A stretch of DNA of 64,000 nt. Origin: Candidatus Nanopelagicales bacterium. GTDB taxonomy: Bacteria > Actinomycetota > Actinomycetes > S36-B12 > UBA5976. The stretch spans positions 11,123-75,122 of the forward strand of contig JAGYJD010000005.1 of NCBI GenBank assembly GCA_018402365.1, read 5' to 3'. Positions within the stretch are counted from its first letter, which is position 1. Each line of letters starts with the position of its first letter. Under the pieces are notes generated by a model. The model saw nothing but the letters and a program-made list of their open reading frames with translations, did not search any database and was not told the origin of the DNA. Below, one piece after another: positions 8,771-18,457 of the stretch. The position numbers and the translations under genes were made by a program.

Positions 8771-10297
8771 TTAGTCTAAATAATCTCTTAAGACCTGTGA
8801 GCGAGATGGATGTCTCAACTTGCTCATGGTCTTAGATTCAATCTGACGAATTCGCTCTCTAGTAACCCCATAGACATGTCCAATTTCATCTAAAGTTTTT
8901 GGCTGTCCGTCGGTTAAACCGAAACGCATTCTCACAACTCCCCGCTCGCGCTCACTCAATGTGTCTAAGACGCTTTCGAGTTGCTCTTGCAAAAGTGTAA
9001 ATGAAACTGCATCACTAGGAACAATTGCTTCTGAATCTTCAATAAGATCACCAAATTCGCTATCCCCATCTTCACCTAGTGGGGTGTGAAGTGAGATTGG
9101 TTCGCGACCATACTTTTGAACCTCGACAACTTTTTCAGGAGTCATATCAAGCTCGCGGGCTAATTCTTCTGGCGTGGGTTCGCGGCCAAGGTCTTGCAAC
9201 ATTTGTCTTTGCACCCGAGCCAACTTATTGATCACTTCAACCATGTGAACCGGAATACGAATAGTTCTAGCCTGATCAGCCATCGCTCTAGTAATTGCTT
9301 GACGAATCCACCAAGTGGCATAGGTAGAGAATTTGTAACCTTTGGTGTAGTCGAATTTTTCAACCGCACGAATCAAACCTAGGTTTCCTTCTTGGATTAG
9401 ATCTAAAAAGAGCATTCCGCGCCCGGTGTAACGCTTAGCTAGCGAAACCACCAAGCGTAAGTTTGCTTCAAGTAGGTGATTTTTTGCTCGATGACCGTCT
9501 TCAGCGATCCACCCGAGATCCTTTAAAAACTTTTTATCTTTAATTCCGCCACTATCAAGTTTTTCTTCGGCGAATAGTCCAGCTTCGATGCGCTTGGCTA
9601 GGACCACCTCGTCTTCTGCGTTTAGCAGGGCAACTTTTCCGATTTGTTTTAAATAATCTTTTACTGGATCTGCGGTGGCTCCCGCTTGGGTAACTTGCTG
9701 AATTGGCTCATCAGCATCGTCGGTATCAGAAATAGTAAAGGCGTCAGTTTCATCGACCCGAGAGCCAACTGCCACTTCATCTTCTTTGTCAATGATTTCC
9801 AGCTCTTCAGCCAGATCTGCTTCTGCTTCTGCTTCAACAACCGCAATCGCAGCTAATTCTTTGGGATCTACCTCTTCAACCTCTTCGACCGATACCAGTT
9901 CGCCATCTACTAAAATTACTTTGGCAAATTTGCCATCTTTACCTTTTTTGCCTTTTTCTACTGGAGCACCTTTAGCAACTTTTTTAGCGGGTTTAGCGGC
10001 TACTTTTTTAGCAGGCTTTTTTTCAGCAACTTTTTTAGTTGTCTTTTTCTTAACTGCTTTTTTAGCCGGTTTAGCGGCAGATTTTTTACTAGCGGCTTTT
10101 TTAGCTACCGGCTTCGCTTTAGGTTTTGGTTTCTCCACAACTTTTTTTGCAGGCGCTTTTTTAGCTACCGGCTTGGCTTTAGGTTTTGGCTTTTCTGCAG
10201 CTTTTTTTGCAGGCGCTTTTTTCGCCACTGGTTTTGCCTTTGGTTTTTCGATAACCGGCTTCGCTTTAGGTTTTGGTTTTTCTACAGTTTTAGCCAC
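8771..10297 (-). CDS. sigA: principal RNA polymerase sigma factor (SigA/HrdB/RpoD) with a Lys/Ala/Pro-rich repeated N-terminus
   Basis: Regions 1.2-4.2 are all recognisable ([39 protein letters not shown], [20 protein letters not shown]), plus an acidic linker and an AKKP-type tail. Confidence 0.95.
   Translation of the reverse strand: MAKTVEKPKPKAKPVIEKPKAKPVAKKAPAKKAAEKPKPKAKPVAKKAPAKKVVEKPKPKAKPVAKKAASKKSAAKPAKKAVKKKTTKKVAEKKPAKKVAAKPAKKVAKGAPVEKGKKGKDGKFAKVILVDGELVSVEEVEEVDPKELAAIAVVEAEAEADLAEELEIIDKEDEVAVGSRVDETDAFTISDTDDADEPIQQVTQAGATADPVKDYLKQIGKVALLNAEDEVVLAKRIEAGLFAEEKLDSGGIKDKKFLKDLGWIAEDGHRAKNHLLEANLRLVVSLAKRYTGRGMLFLDLIQEGNLGLIRAVEKFDYTKGYKFSTYATWWIRQAITRAMADQARTIRIPVHMVEVINKLARVQRQMLQDLGREPTPEELARELDMTPEKVVEVQKYGREPISLHTPLGEDGDSEFGDLIEDSEAIVPSDAVSFTLLQEQLESVLDTLSERERGVVRMRFGLTDGQPKTLDEIGHVYGVTRERIRQIESKTMSKLRHPSRSQVLRDYLD
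10076..10282 (-). repeat. in-frame tandem repeat of about 60 bp (20 aa), about 3.5 copies, inside the sigma-factor N-terminus
   Basis: [18 protein letters not shown](AA/VV) is repeated. The DNA units are nearly identical (ttagctaccggcttSgctttaggttttgg). Confidence 0.9.
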
Positions 10298-10330
10298 TTA
10301 AATAAAAAGCCTTCCAACTCGTCACGTGCG

Positions 10331-10355
10331 AAAAGACCTGTCAAATCGGCAGGTC
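10331..10355 (-). terminator. candidate intrinsic terminator after the 10394..11179 gene
   Basis: On the minus strand GACCTG-ccgatttga-CAGGTC is followed by TTTTCG. The stem is short (6 bp). Confidence 0.4.
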
Positions 10356-10393
10356 GTGCCCTTATTGTTGCATGAGCCGCCATACTCGCATCT

Positions 10394-11179
10394 TTAGCGG
10401 GTCAACTGTCCCCAGCCAGGTCTCAACTGTAAGGGAAGACTCGAGGTTTGCTCAAGTTTCTCAGCTACCTGCAAAGGGGCATCGGCAAATTCTTCAATTT
10501 GCCAGTCCGCTTGCCAACTAGTACTTACTAAAACTCGATAGCTGCCAGATTTATTCCAAGTATGAAATACCGTCCAACCATCACCAGGATCTCTTGTGAC
10601 TATTTGTCGATCGCCAAAATTCCAAGTCCAAGTTGGGTAAGCGGTAAGAGTGACGCTAAAACCAGCGACGGGAACTTTAATTGGGCCGAACTTTCTGGGT
10701 TGATTGCTTGCAAAGTAAACGGGCAATTTAACCAAAGCTTGTTGACTGGGATTTGAAGTTGGATTTAATTTAGGCAAAAAAACTACGGCTTCTTCTTTGA
10801 TACTTTCGGTAATTACCTTTGGTGTGATGGGGCCCTTCGGACCAAGGCAGACTATCCCTACATCAGTCCAGTCTTCGTTTGGTGCTAATTGCCGCCAGAT
10901 TCGCATATTTATCCCTTTTCCAAAATCGTTTTCGCAACCTAAAATTGGAAGATCGCAACTTGCTATTTGTTGAAAGGGATTTTCTCTTTTACAGTAATTA
11001 CTAACTAACCAGCGACAATTTTTGCAAGTTGCCGCAACTCTTTTTGTGGTTTGGCTGCCTGTGAAGGTTTGATCTAAAAACATTTGACCCGATACCCGAT
11101 AGCCATCAATTTGAGAGTCAGCTACCACGCTGGTATTGCTAGGGATTAAAAGCAAAGCGGTTACGAAGAAATCAAGCAC
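10394..11179 (-). CDS. hypothetical exported protein (N-terminal hydrophobic segment, Cys-rich region, PKD-like C-terminal motif)
   Basis: 261 aa ORF in an operon-compatible position. It has 7 Cys between residues about 52 and 121 and a WxFGD...G...H motif (TWTWNFGDRQIVTRDPGDGWTVFHTW). I recognise no family. Confidence 0.5.
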   Translation of the reverse strand: MLDFFVTALLLIPSNTSVVADSQIDGYRVSGQMFLDQTFTGSQTTKRVAATCKNCRWLVSNYCKRENPFQQIASCDLPILGCENDFGKGINMRIWRQLAPNEDWTDVGIVCLGPKGPITPKVITESIKEEAVVFLPKLNPTSNPSQQALVKLPVYFASNQPRKFGPIKVPVAGFSVTLTAYPTWTWNFGDRQIVTRDPGDGWTVFHTWNKSGSYRVLVSTSWQADWQIEEFADAPLQVAEKLEQTSSLPLQLRPGWGQLTR

Positions 11180-11218
11180 ATGCCTTAGAGAGCAAAAATC
11201 AGTTTTAGGTTTCTTAAA

Positions 11219-12361
11219 TTATATTTTGTTGCGTAATTCGATTACAGCTTTTTCTAAAATATTCGAAACTTGTTCAAATTCTAATAAAAATCCATCATGG
11301 CCGAATTCACTTTTTATTACCTCTAAAGATTGAGCGGTGGGTATCAAGTGCACCAATTCATGTTGCTGGCGTAGCGGGTAAAGCCGGTCGGTATCTACTC
11401 CTGCGATCACAAAGTTAGCTTTGATACCCGAAAGCGCTTGCGCAATCCCCCCACGATTCTTACCAACATCAAAAGTGCTCATCGCGTCGGTTAACACTAT
11501 GTAACTATTAGCATCAAATCTTCTAGCTAATTTGTTAGCGTGATGTGCTAAATAAGATTCCACTGCAAATAAACTCTCGCCTTCACTCTGCGTGCGGCGT
11601 CCAAAGCGAGAATCTAGTTCTGCTTCTGATCGGTAAGTTAAGTGAGCAAATTTTCTAGCGAGACCTAAGCCCACATGAGGCCCTGCCCCTGGTGCTTTGT
11701 GGTAGTAATCCCCATTATTCCAATTTAAATCTGATTGAATGGCGTCAATTTGTGCTGATTGGGTAGCAATTTGATCGGCACTAGCGGCGGCACTAGTTGC
11801 GATCACAAATCCGGTATCTAAACTCTCGCTAAATTCGACTGCCCACTCTAAAACTCTCATTCCGCCCATAGATCCGCCCATGATCATGGCAAATTTTTCA
11901 ATTTCTAAATACTCAGCTAATAGTTTTTCTAATCGAACTTGATCGTTGATAGTAATTCGCGGAAACCTACTGCCCCAAGGCTTTTTATCTGGTGCCAAAC
12001 TCGCCGGCCCGGTAGTGCCCTGGCAGCCTCCCAGCACATTGGCGCAAACCACAAACCATTCTTTAGGGTCAATCGCTTTACCTTCGCCAATTAAGCCATC
12101 CCACCAGCCTGGCGTTAAGTGTCCCGCTTCAATTTCTCCAGAAACGTGTGAATCCCCCGTCAAAGCGTGAGCCACATAAATTGCATTTGATTTATTTCCA
12201 TTCGCCTCGCCCCATGTTTCATAGGCAACAGTTACCTCTTGAAAGATGAATCCGTTTTCTAATTCAAAGTTTTCAAAACGAGCGAATTTTCTTTTACCTA
12301 TCTCATCCCCCTCCCGCCAGGCGCCGCTGGCAGGAGGTGGGGACGAATAATCAATCGGCAT
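11219..12361 (-). CDS. metX: homoserine O-acetyltransferase
   Basis: Alpha/beta hydrolase with GGSMGGM nucleophile elbow, ALTGDSH and GHDGFL motifs typical of MetX(A). Lies directly downstream of metY. Confidence 0.9.
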   Translation of the reverse strand: MPIDYSSPPPASGAWREGDEIGKRKFARFENFELENGFIFQEVTVAYETWGEANGNKSNAIYVAHALTGDSHVSGEIEAGHLTPGWWDGLIGEGKAIDPKEWFVVCANVLGGCQGTTGPASLAPDKKPWGSRFPRITINDQVRLEKLLAEYLEIEKFAMIMGGSMGGMRVLEWAVEFSESLDTGFVIATSAAASADQIATQSAQIDAIQSDLNWNNGDYYHKAPGAGPHVGLGLARKFAHLTYRSEAELDSRFGRRTQSEGESLFAVESYLAHHANKLARRFDANSYIVLTDAMSTFDVGKNRGGIAQALSGIKANFVIAGVDTDRLYPLRQQHELVHLIPTAQSLEVIKSEFGHDGFLLEFEQVSNILEKAVIELRNKI

Positions 12362-12367
12362 CTTGAA

Positions 12368-13663
12368 TTAGGCGCCCTTCGCGGCTCTAAAACCGGTTTC
12401 TAAATCGGCCAAGATGTCGTTAATGTTTTCTAAGCCAACCGCTAAGCGAACTAAACCAGGAGTTACCCCAGCTGTTAGTTGCTCTTCGGGTGTTAGTTGT
12501 GAGTGAGTGGTCGAGGCAGGATGAATTACCAATGAACGCACATCACCAATGTTGGCAACGTGAGAGTGTAATTCAAGTGCATCTACAAACTTTTGACCAG
12601 CTTCGACTCCACCTTTAATTTCAAAAGATAGAACCGCACCGGTACCTAGTGGTGCATATTTCTTACCCAAGGCATGCCACTTGCTATCTGGCAAACCTGC
12701 GTAATGAACCTCTGACACCTCATCGCGAGTGGTAAGCCATTGCGCAACCGCTTTAGTGTTTTCAATGTGGCGCTCAATTCGCAAAGATAAGGTTTCTAAA
12801 CCTTGCGCAATCAAGAAAGCATTGAAGGGTGAAACCGCTGCACCTAAGTCGCGCAAAAGTACAATTCTGGCGCGCAAGATAAAAGCTAATTCCCCTAAAG
12901 CTTCGGCATAGACCAAACCGTGATACGAGGGATCAGGAGTGTTGTATTGCGGGAATTTCTTTGGATCTTTAGCCCAATCAAATTTTCCGCTATCTACAAT
13001 TACTCCGGCAATTGCGGTGCCATGGCCACCGATGTATTTAGTTGCCGAGTGCACCACGATGTCAGCTCCGTGTTCAAAGGGGCGAATCAAATACGGGGTA
13101 GCGACAGTGTTATCGATAATCAATGGCACACCAGCAGCATGTGCTACTTCGGCAACCGCTGAAATATCCAAGATTTCATTTTTTGGATTTGCAATGCTTT
13201 CCCCATAAAGAGCCTTAGTGTTTGGGCGAATCGCCTTCTTCCAAGAGGCTGGGTCTCCGGGATCATCCACAAAAGAAACTTCGATGCCGTACTTAGGCAA
13301 GGTGTGATGAAACAGATTGTAAGTTCCGCCATACAAAGCTGGGGATGAAACAATGTGATCACCTGCTTCTGCCAAGTTCAAAATCGCATATGTTTCAGCA
13401 GCTTGTCCTGACGCTAACAACAAAGCCCCGACTCCACCTTCAAGTGAAGCAATTCGCTCTTCCACCGCACTTTGAGTTGGATTCATTATTCGGGTGTAAA
13501 TGTTGCCTGGTTCTGCTAACGAAAACAGATCAGCCGCATGCTTGGTATCACGAAATGTGTACGAAGTTGTTTGATAAATAGGTAAAGCTCTGGCATTTGT
13601 TTGTGAATCTGGCGATTGTCCGACATGAATTTGTCGGGTTTCAAAACTCCAACCTTGACTCAT
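12368..13663 (-). CDS. metY: O-acetylhomoserine aminocarboxypropyltransferase (sulfhydrylase), PLP-dependent
   Basis: Cys/Met-metabolism PLP family (SATKYIGGHG lysine motif, ETRxIHxGQ start). Start set at ATG 13663 (MSQGW), preceded by GAAAAGGAAA; the longer track ORF uses a TTG at 13693. Confidence 0.9.
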   Translation of the reverse strand: MSQGWSFETRQIHVGQSPDSQTNARALPIYQTTSYTFRDTKHAADLFSLAEPGNIYTRIMNPTQSAVEERIASLEGGVGALLLASGQAAETYAILNLAEAGDHIVSSPALYGGTYNLFHHTLPKYGIEVSFVDDPGDPASWKKAIRPNTKALYGESIANPKNEILDISAVAEVAHAAGVPLIIDNTVATPYLIRPFEHGADIVVHSATKYIGGHGTAIAGVIVDSGKFDWAKDPKKFPQYNTPDPSYHGLVYAEALGELAFILRARIVLLRDLGAAVSPFNAFLIAQGLETLSLRIERHIENTKAVAQWLTTRDEVSEVHYAGLPDSKWHALGKKYAPLGTGAVLSFEIKGGVEAGQKFVDALELHSHVANIGDVRSLVIHPASTTHSQLTPEEQLTAGVTPGLVRLAVGLENINDILADLETGFRAAKGA

Positions 13664-13834
13664 TTTATTTTCCTTTTCTTCTAAGTGCGGCAATCAGGCG
13701 AGTGCCGTCTTTGGACACCTGCGATGAATTTGAAATACCAAAAGTTACCCAAAATTGAGTGGAGTTTTTGATATTTATAAATACGTCGCCTCAGTGCCCC
13801 TTTTGCTGACGGGGCCTTGCCTGATGCAAGACCC

Positions 13835-13940
13835 GCGCTTGCTCGAATACTCGAGCCTGGTCTCATTCCGGAGCACCCCACCGCGGTGGAGGGTTGCCGC
13901 TCAGCTAGCCGGTGCTTGTCGCTGAGGCTCTTAACCTTGA
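13835..13940 (-). promoter_or_regulatory. SAM-IV riboswitch in the metY-metX leader
   Basis: The minus strand reads GGUUAAGAGCCUCAGCGACAAGCACCGGCUAGCUGAGCGGCAACCCUCCACCGCGGUGGGGUGCUCCGGAAUGAGACCAGGCUCGAGUAUUCGAGCAAGCGCGGGUC. It contains the SAM-IV core blocks GGCAACCCUCC / GCGGUGGGGUGC / CCGGxxUGAxACCAGG / GCAAGCGCGGG as I remember the Rfam RF00634 consensus. Confidence 0.8.
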
Positions 13941-13973
13941 AGAGAAGATTACCCCAAAGAATGCGCTAGGGCA

Positions 13974-14975
13974 TCAGATGGGTCCGAAACAATCTGCGAA
14001 CTTCCAAGGCGGAAGCCCACTTTTTATAGCGCTCATCGTCAATAGCCCTAAGCGATAACTCGCATCGATATTTAAAGCTTGATTAACCGCCGCCTGAGCC
14101 CAGACCGACTCACCCAGCTGCCATAACCAGATCCCCAAAATAGTTAAGACCGCCTTGGCTTCAGCCTTGGGCGCGTTTTGAATTAAGGGCAGCAAACGGG
14201 TCTTTAGCGAATGAAGCAAATTCAAGGGTTCTTGCGAAATTTGAATTTCTCGCAGCACTTCGCTGATCAATTTATCTCGTAGTGAAATTTCTTTAGAGAT
14301 CAAAATAATTTCAGCTTGGGCTAGTTCATTCAAATCTTCACTCTGATTAAGTAAATTTACATAGCCTCGGTTATATAGATTTTCATTCCAATTTGAATTT
14401 TTTGCCCTATTTTTTGACTTTTCTAACTTTGCGATAGCTTTTACCAGTTTTGGGTTTTCTGGCTTAGAAATAAAATATTGCTCAATTTCTTCTTTGTTAG
14501 CTAAAGCAGATTTTCCTTGAGAAATTAATTGTAACTTCTCAAGTGAAGTATCTCTTGGTAGAGCAAAACCTTCGCTGGGACAACACTCGCCATCTTCACA
14601 GAGCAGCGATCCATACCGATCCCCCTCTACCCACAATGCTTCGCTAATTTCACAAATTTCATTTTGGGCTTTAAGTAACTCATTTATTGTTGGACGATAT
14701 TGCGGCCAATTACTTTCTGCGTAAAGAGCGGTCAGCACCCCATCGATACTTGAATTTTCTTTAGCTTTTCGCAAAGCTTCCATCGCATTTTCGACTAACT
14801 GCGCTTGCGCTATCTCTGCCAGATCTATTCGAATTGCTACTACTACCCGATTGTTTTTACTATTGAAGGCAACCAGCACCAGGCTGTTGAGCGGCATAAA
14901 GCCTAAGAGATACGGTATTGCGGCTAAAAGGCTAGCTGGGCCTTTTGGTTTTAGGATTGAATTTTGTGCGTTCAT
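13974..14975 (-). CDS. DUF4192 domain-containing protein
   Basis: N-terminal LLAAIPYLLGFMPLNSLVLVAF is the hallmark start of the actinobacterial DUF4192 family. Start probably MNAQNS (14975); the ORF maximum is 15002. Confidence 0.7.
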   Translation of the reverse strand: MNAQNSILKPKGPASLLAAIPYLLGFMPLNSLVLVAFNSKNNRVVVAIRIDLAEIAQAQLVENAMEALRKAKENSSIDGVLTALYAESNWPQYRPTINELLKAQNEICEISEALWVEGDRYGSLLCEDGECCPSEGFALPRDTSLEKLQLISQGKSALANKEEIEQYFISKPENPKLVKAIAKLEKSKNRAKNSNWNENLYNRGYVNLLNQSEDLNELAQAEIILISKEISLRDKLISEVLREIQISQEPLNLLHSLKTRLLPLIQNAPKAEAKAVLTILGIWLWQLGESVWAQAAVNQALNIDASYRLGLLTMSAIKSGLPPWKFADCFGPI

Positions 14976-15052
14976 GCTTTCTAGAATGAAGCAAAGACGC
15001 AACTAGCAACAGAAAATTATTAAACCTATGGATAACTTTGCGCTGTGTATAA

Positions 15053-15532
15053 CTAGTCGACTAATTTAACGGATTTAATTGTGGCGTTCCAATTACCGCT
15101 GGGGGCCATCACTTCTACCACATCGCCCTTTTTGGCGCCCATCAAAGCTTTGCCAAGTGGTGAGTCCGATGCGATTCGCTCATCGTCTAAGTGTGCTTCA
15201 ACTGGATGAACTATCTTGACCTTAAATTTGTCGCTTTCGGTGTGCACGCTCACTGTGCAGCCCAAAGAGACAGTGCCATCAAAAGCTTCAACATCAATTT
15301 CGCCAGCCATCGCTATTACAGAGTCAAGCTCGTCAGCCTCTTCGGTGAGGCGGGTAAATTCTTGGACGATTCCTTCGTCACGATCTGTTTCGCCAATTAA
15401 GGGTTTGAAGCCTGGCAGAACTTCGTTTCGCAAGTGGTCAATTCTCACCTGCAACTCAGCCTTACCGGCTTTGGTTAGGACTAATTTATTTAAGTCGCCA
15501 GCCATCCGATTGCTCCTTTTAGTGGAACCCAC
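15053..15532 (-). CDS. GreA/GreB-family transcription factor paralog (Rnk/Gfh-like)
   Basis: The C-terminal GreA/B domain is recognisable (SPLGKALMGAKKGDVVEV). The N-terminal coiled coil lacks the canonical DxxENxxY acidic tip and has ETDRDEG instead. Confidence 0.65.
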   Translation of the reverse strand: MGSTKRSNRMAGDLNKLVLTKAGKAELQVRIDHLRNEVLPGFKPLIGETDRDEGIVQEFTRLTEEADELDSVIAMAGEIDVEAFDGTVSLGCTVSVHTESDKFKVKIVHPVEAHLDDERIASDSPLGKALMGAKKGDVVEVMAPSGNWNATIKSVKLVD

Positions 15533-15572
15533 ATCTTAGCCGCGATAGCTTGCTAGCTCGCGATGACCTTCA

Positions 15573-16544
15573 TCACTTATTAATTTTCACTTGCCAATAG
15601 ATAACGCTCACTAATCCCAAAAGAACTTGCGGCAAGTAATAGATACTTCGCCAAATCAAGACGCTAGCGGTCGCGGCCGGCAAGGCTGCCCCGAAGCTAA
15701 TCAATAAAGCAAGAAGTAATCCATCGGTAGTACCGATGCCACCAGGAGTTAAAGGAACCAGCGTTACCAAGCGCGCGAAGGCGAAAGAGACCAAGATTTC
15801 AAAAAATCCAATTTCTTGATCAAGCGCAAATAGCACGATCGGCAAGGTAGAAAACATTGAAAACTGAATCCCTAAATGTGCACTGAGCACCAGTGGCCAT
15901 TTTTCTTTCAAAATTTCAAAAGTGGACTCTCTAAATTTTGTGAATGATATGCGCCTTGAACTTCTGAATAATTTCATAAACCAGGCAAATAAATTCTCAA
16001 TTTTTGCCCCAAAAAATTCGCTTCTCAAAATCAAAATAAAACCGCTAATCAAAACTATGAGCAGAACTGAAGCAATTACTGCCGGGACAAATAAACGCCC
16101 TGGCTCCTCCCCGGCTACCGCCAGTAAAACCAAAGAAAGCATTGGCATGCCTAAAGTCATCATCACATTAAAAACGCTATTAATAGAAATAGTAGCAGTG
16201 CTACTAACAGGGCTGATCCCAAAAGATCTCATGAAAACATAAATAACCGCTACCCCAATACTGCCCCCGGCTGGCAAAGTATTTGCGATCACAAATGCTG
16301 ACTGCCTAATCACAAAAGCTCGCAAATAGCTCAAAGCCTTTGTAGTTATTTTAAAAGGCAAGGGATAAAGCAAAACGTTAATGATTGCCACCATAACCAA
16401 AAGCGCTAAATATTGTGGCGCTAAACTCAACGCCAAGCGTCTAGTGTTTTGCCAATCCCCGTAATTCAAAAACCAATTTATTCCAAAAGCTAAAATTACA
16501 ATTGTCAAGGCAAAAGTTAAAAGTGTTTTACGTGTAACTTTCAA
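15573..16544 (-). CDS. UPF0104/YbhN-type (lysylphosphatidylglycerol-synthase TM-region-like) membrane protein
   Basis: 323 aa, about 8 hydrophobic helices, PLTPGGIGTTDG motif near the C-terminus. 4-bp overlap with dinG. Confidence 0.65.
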   Translation of the reverse strand: MKVTRKTLLTFALTIVILAFGINWFLNYGDWQNTRRLALSLAPQYLALLVMVAIINVLLYPLPFKITTKALSYLRAFVIRQSAFVIANTLPAGGSIGVAVIYVFMRSFGISPVSSTATISINSVFNVMMTLGMPMLSLVLLAVAGEEPGRLFVPAVIASVLLIVLISGFILILRSEFFGAKIENLFAWFMKLFRSSRRISFTKFRESTFEILKEKWPLVLSAHLGIQFSMFSTLPIVLFALDQEIGFFEILVSFAFARLVTLVPLTPGGIGTTDGLLLALLISFGAALPAATASVLIWRSIYYLPQVLLGLVSVIYWQVKINK

Positions 16545-18457
16545 CTCAAGTTCTCGATTTCTTCTTTAAGTCGCGCTAAAGAGCTTCTTGCTTCTTTAGG
16601 GTCAGTAGTAAGCCAAAACGGTGGCAAGCTCTTTAATAACCTTTTAGAGTAATTAGAATTTACAAGTCGCGGATCCAGCACCGCAACCATGCCTTTGTCT
16701 TCATTACTTCTAATTAATCTGCCTACCCCTTGCGCTAAAAGCAGTGCGGCTTTTGGCAAAGCCACTGAAGCAAACCCACTTTTACCTTGCGAATCTGCCA
16801 AGGCGCTTCTTCCTGAAATAATTGGATCATCCGGCCGCGGAAACGGAATTTTGTCAATCACAACCAAGCTGGCACTACTGCCCGGAATATCTACCCCTTG
16901 CCAAAGGCCAATGGTTCCCAATAAGACACTGGTTTCATCGTGTAAAAATTCTTCAATTAAAAAACTTACCGGCTCACCTTTTTTAGCAACTAATAGATTT
17001 AAATCTAAATCCGCTAAAGCCGCTTCAGTTTGAGTAACCGCCCGCCAGCTGCTCATTAAAAGTAAAGCTCTGCCTCCCATTGCTTCAACCAGCTCACGCA
17101 TCTCCGTTAAGGCTGCCTGACTTAACCCATCACGACTTGGGGCTGGCAAATCTTTTGCCACATACAAGATGCCTTGTTTTTGAAAGTCAAATGGGCTACC
17201 AACATCCAACGTCGTAACATCGCTTTCGCCCAAACCCAAATTATGAGTGAGTGAATCAAAGTTTTCGCCCACCTTTAAAGTTGCACTGGTCAAAACCACA
17301 GGTTTTTTATCAAAAAGATTTTCTTTCAAGATCCCCGCCACACTAAGCGGAGCCAAATTTAATATTTGACGTCTACTCTCATCTATCCACAGCACGCTGT
17401 ATTCATCAAACTGCAGCATCGCAGCCACCGCTTGAAATACTTCATCTAATTCACCTCGCGCTCTTTGGTAAAAAGAGTTTTCCTCTAGCTCACTGGCGTC
17501 AGGTTTGTTCTTACGCATCTCACCAATTGCGTTATTTAAGGCATCACGGACTCTGGCTAATCCCCCCGCTAAAGCGTTGCTGATCTCTACGATTCGCCCT
17601 GGTTGAGTTTCATCCAAAATCAAAGCTATAGCTTCAGCCGCATCATCTATCTCTTGCAAATCTTCTAATTCTATAAATCTTTTAGCGCCATTAGCGCAGC
17701 GTTGGATTATCGCTGGGCTGATTTGCTTACTCACGGCCCCAGTAGCACGATCGATTAACTCATGACCTTCGTCAATAATCACCGCAACATGGTCAGGCAA
17801 AACCGGCAAACCTTCAATGGCATCGATCGCTAACAGGGCGTGATTGGTAATGATTAAATCTGAACTGCGGGCGTTTTCTTTGGCAATTTCACTAAAGCAA
17901 TCTTCGGAAAAAGAACATTTTTGAGCTCCAATACATTCTCTTCCGGTAACCGAAACTCCGCGCCATAATCGTTGATCTATTCCTTCTGGTAAGTCATCTC
18001 GATCCCCAGTAGTTGTCTCTGAAATCCATTTATTTAATTTTTTTGCTTGTTGAGCCAAATTTGAAATTGGTGCTTCAAATAAACCATCGGGCTCATCCTC
18101 TGGGCCGCTGCTCACTTTGTCTAGGCAAACATAGTGATTTCTGCCTTTTAAAATTGCCCATGAAATGTCTCTGCCCAAAACTTTAGAAACTTCATTCTTG
18201 ATTGCCGGTAAATCACGATTCAAAATTTGTCGCTGCAGGGCCAAAGTAGCAGTTGCAATGACCACACTTTCACCTAAAGCTAATGCTGGAGCTAAGTAGG
18301 CAAGAGACTTGCCAGTGCCAGTGCCTGCTTGCACCAGTAAGTGTTTGTGCTCTTTGATGGCCTTTTCAACTGCTTCACTCATCAAAGCTTGACCTTCCCG
18401 CGGAGTCCCACCCACGGCTTGCACCGCAGCCGCTAAAACTTCTTTGGTCCCGCTCAT
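16541..18457 (-). CDS. dinG: ATP-dependent DNA helicase, DinG/Rad3(XPD)-related
   Basis: Walker A AGTGTGKS, DEGH box (IIDEGHEL), C-terminal QGVGRLIR motif VI, 638 aa. Confidence 0.85.
   Translation of the reverse strand: MSGTKEVLAAAVQAVGGTPREGQALMSEAVEKAIKEHKHLLVQAGTGTGKSLAYLAPALALGESVVIATATLALQRQILNRDLPAIKNEVSKVLGRDISWAILKGRNHYVCLDKVSSGPEDEPDGLFEAPISNLAQQAKKLNKWISETTTGDRDDLPEGIDQRLWRGVSVTGRECIGAQKCSFSEDCFSEIAKENARSSDLIITNHALLAIDAIEGLPVLPDHVAVIIDEGHELIDRATGAVSKQISPAIIQRCANGAKRFIELEDLQEIDDAAEAIALILDETQPGRIVEISNALAGGLARVRDALNNAIGEMRKNKPDASELEENSFYQRARGELDEVFQAVAAMLQFDEYSVLWIDESRRQILNLAPLSVAGILKENLFDKKPVVLTSATLKVGENFDSLTHNLGLGESDVTTLDVGSPFDFQKQGILYVAKDLPAPSRDGLSQAALTEMRELVEAMGGRALLLMSSWRAVTQTEAALADLDLNLLVAKKGEPVSFLIEEFLHDETSVLLGTIGLWQGVDIPGSSASLVVIDKIPFPRPDDPIISGRSALADSQGKSGFASVALPKAALLLAQGVGRLIRSNEDKGMVAVLDPRLVNSNYSKRLLKSLPPFWLTTDPKEARSSLARLKEEIENLS

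Noticed and set aside
10076-10282. 60-bp tandem repeats considered as a possible CRISPR array or minisatellite
   Set aside because: The units are contiguous with no spacers, stay in frame and encode the sigma-factor N-terminus. No cas genes are present.
9786-10301. 171-aa plus-strand ORF rich in Ser/Thr/Ala/Phe
   Set aside because: It is antisense to the repeat region of sigA. Its low-complexity composition mirrors the Lys/Ala/Pro codons on the other strand.
13681-13881. 66-aa minus-strand ORF upstream of metY
   Set aside because: It overlaps the SAM-IV aptamer and its Arg/Gly/Ala-rich product looks like translated structured RNA. It has no RBS.
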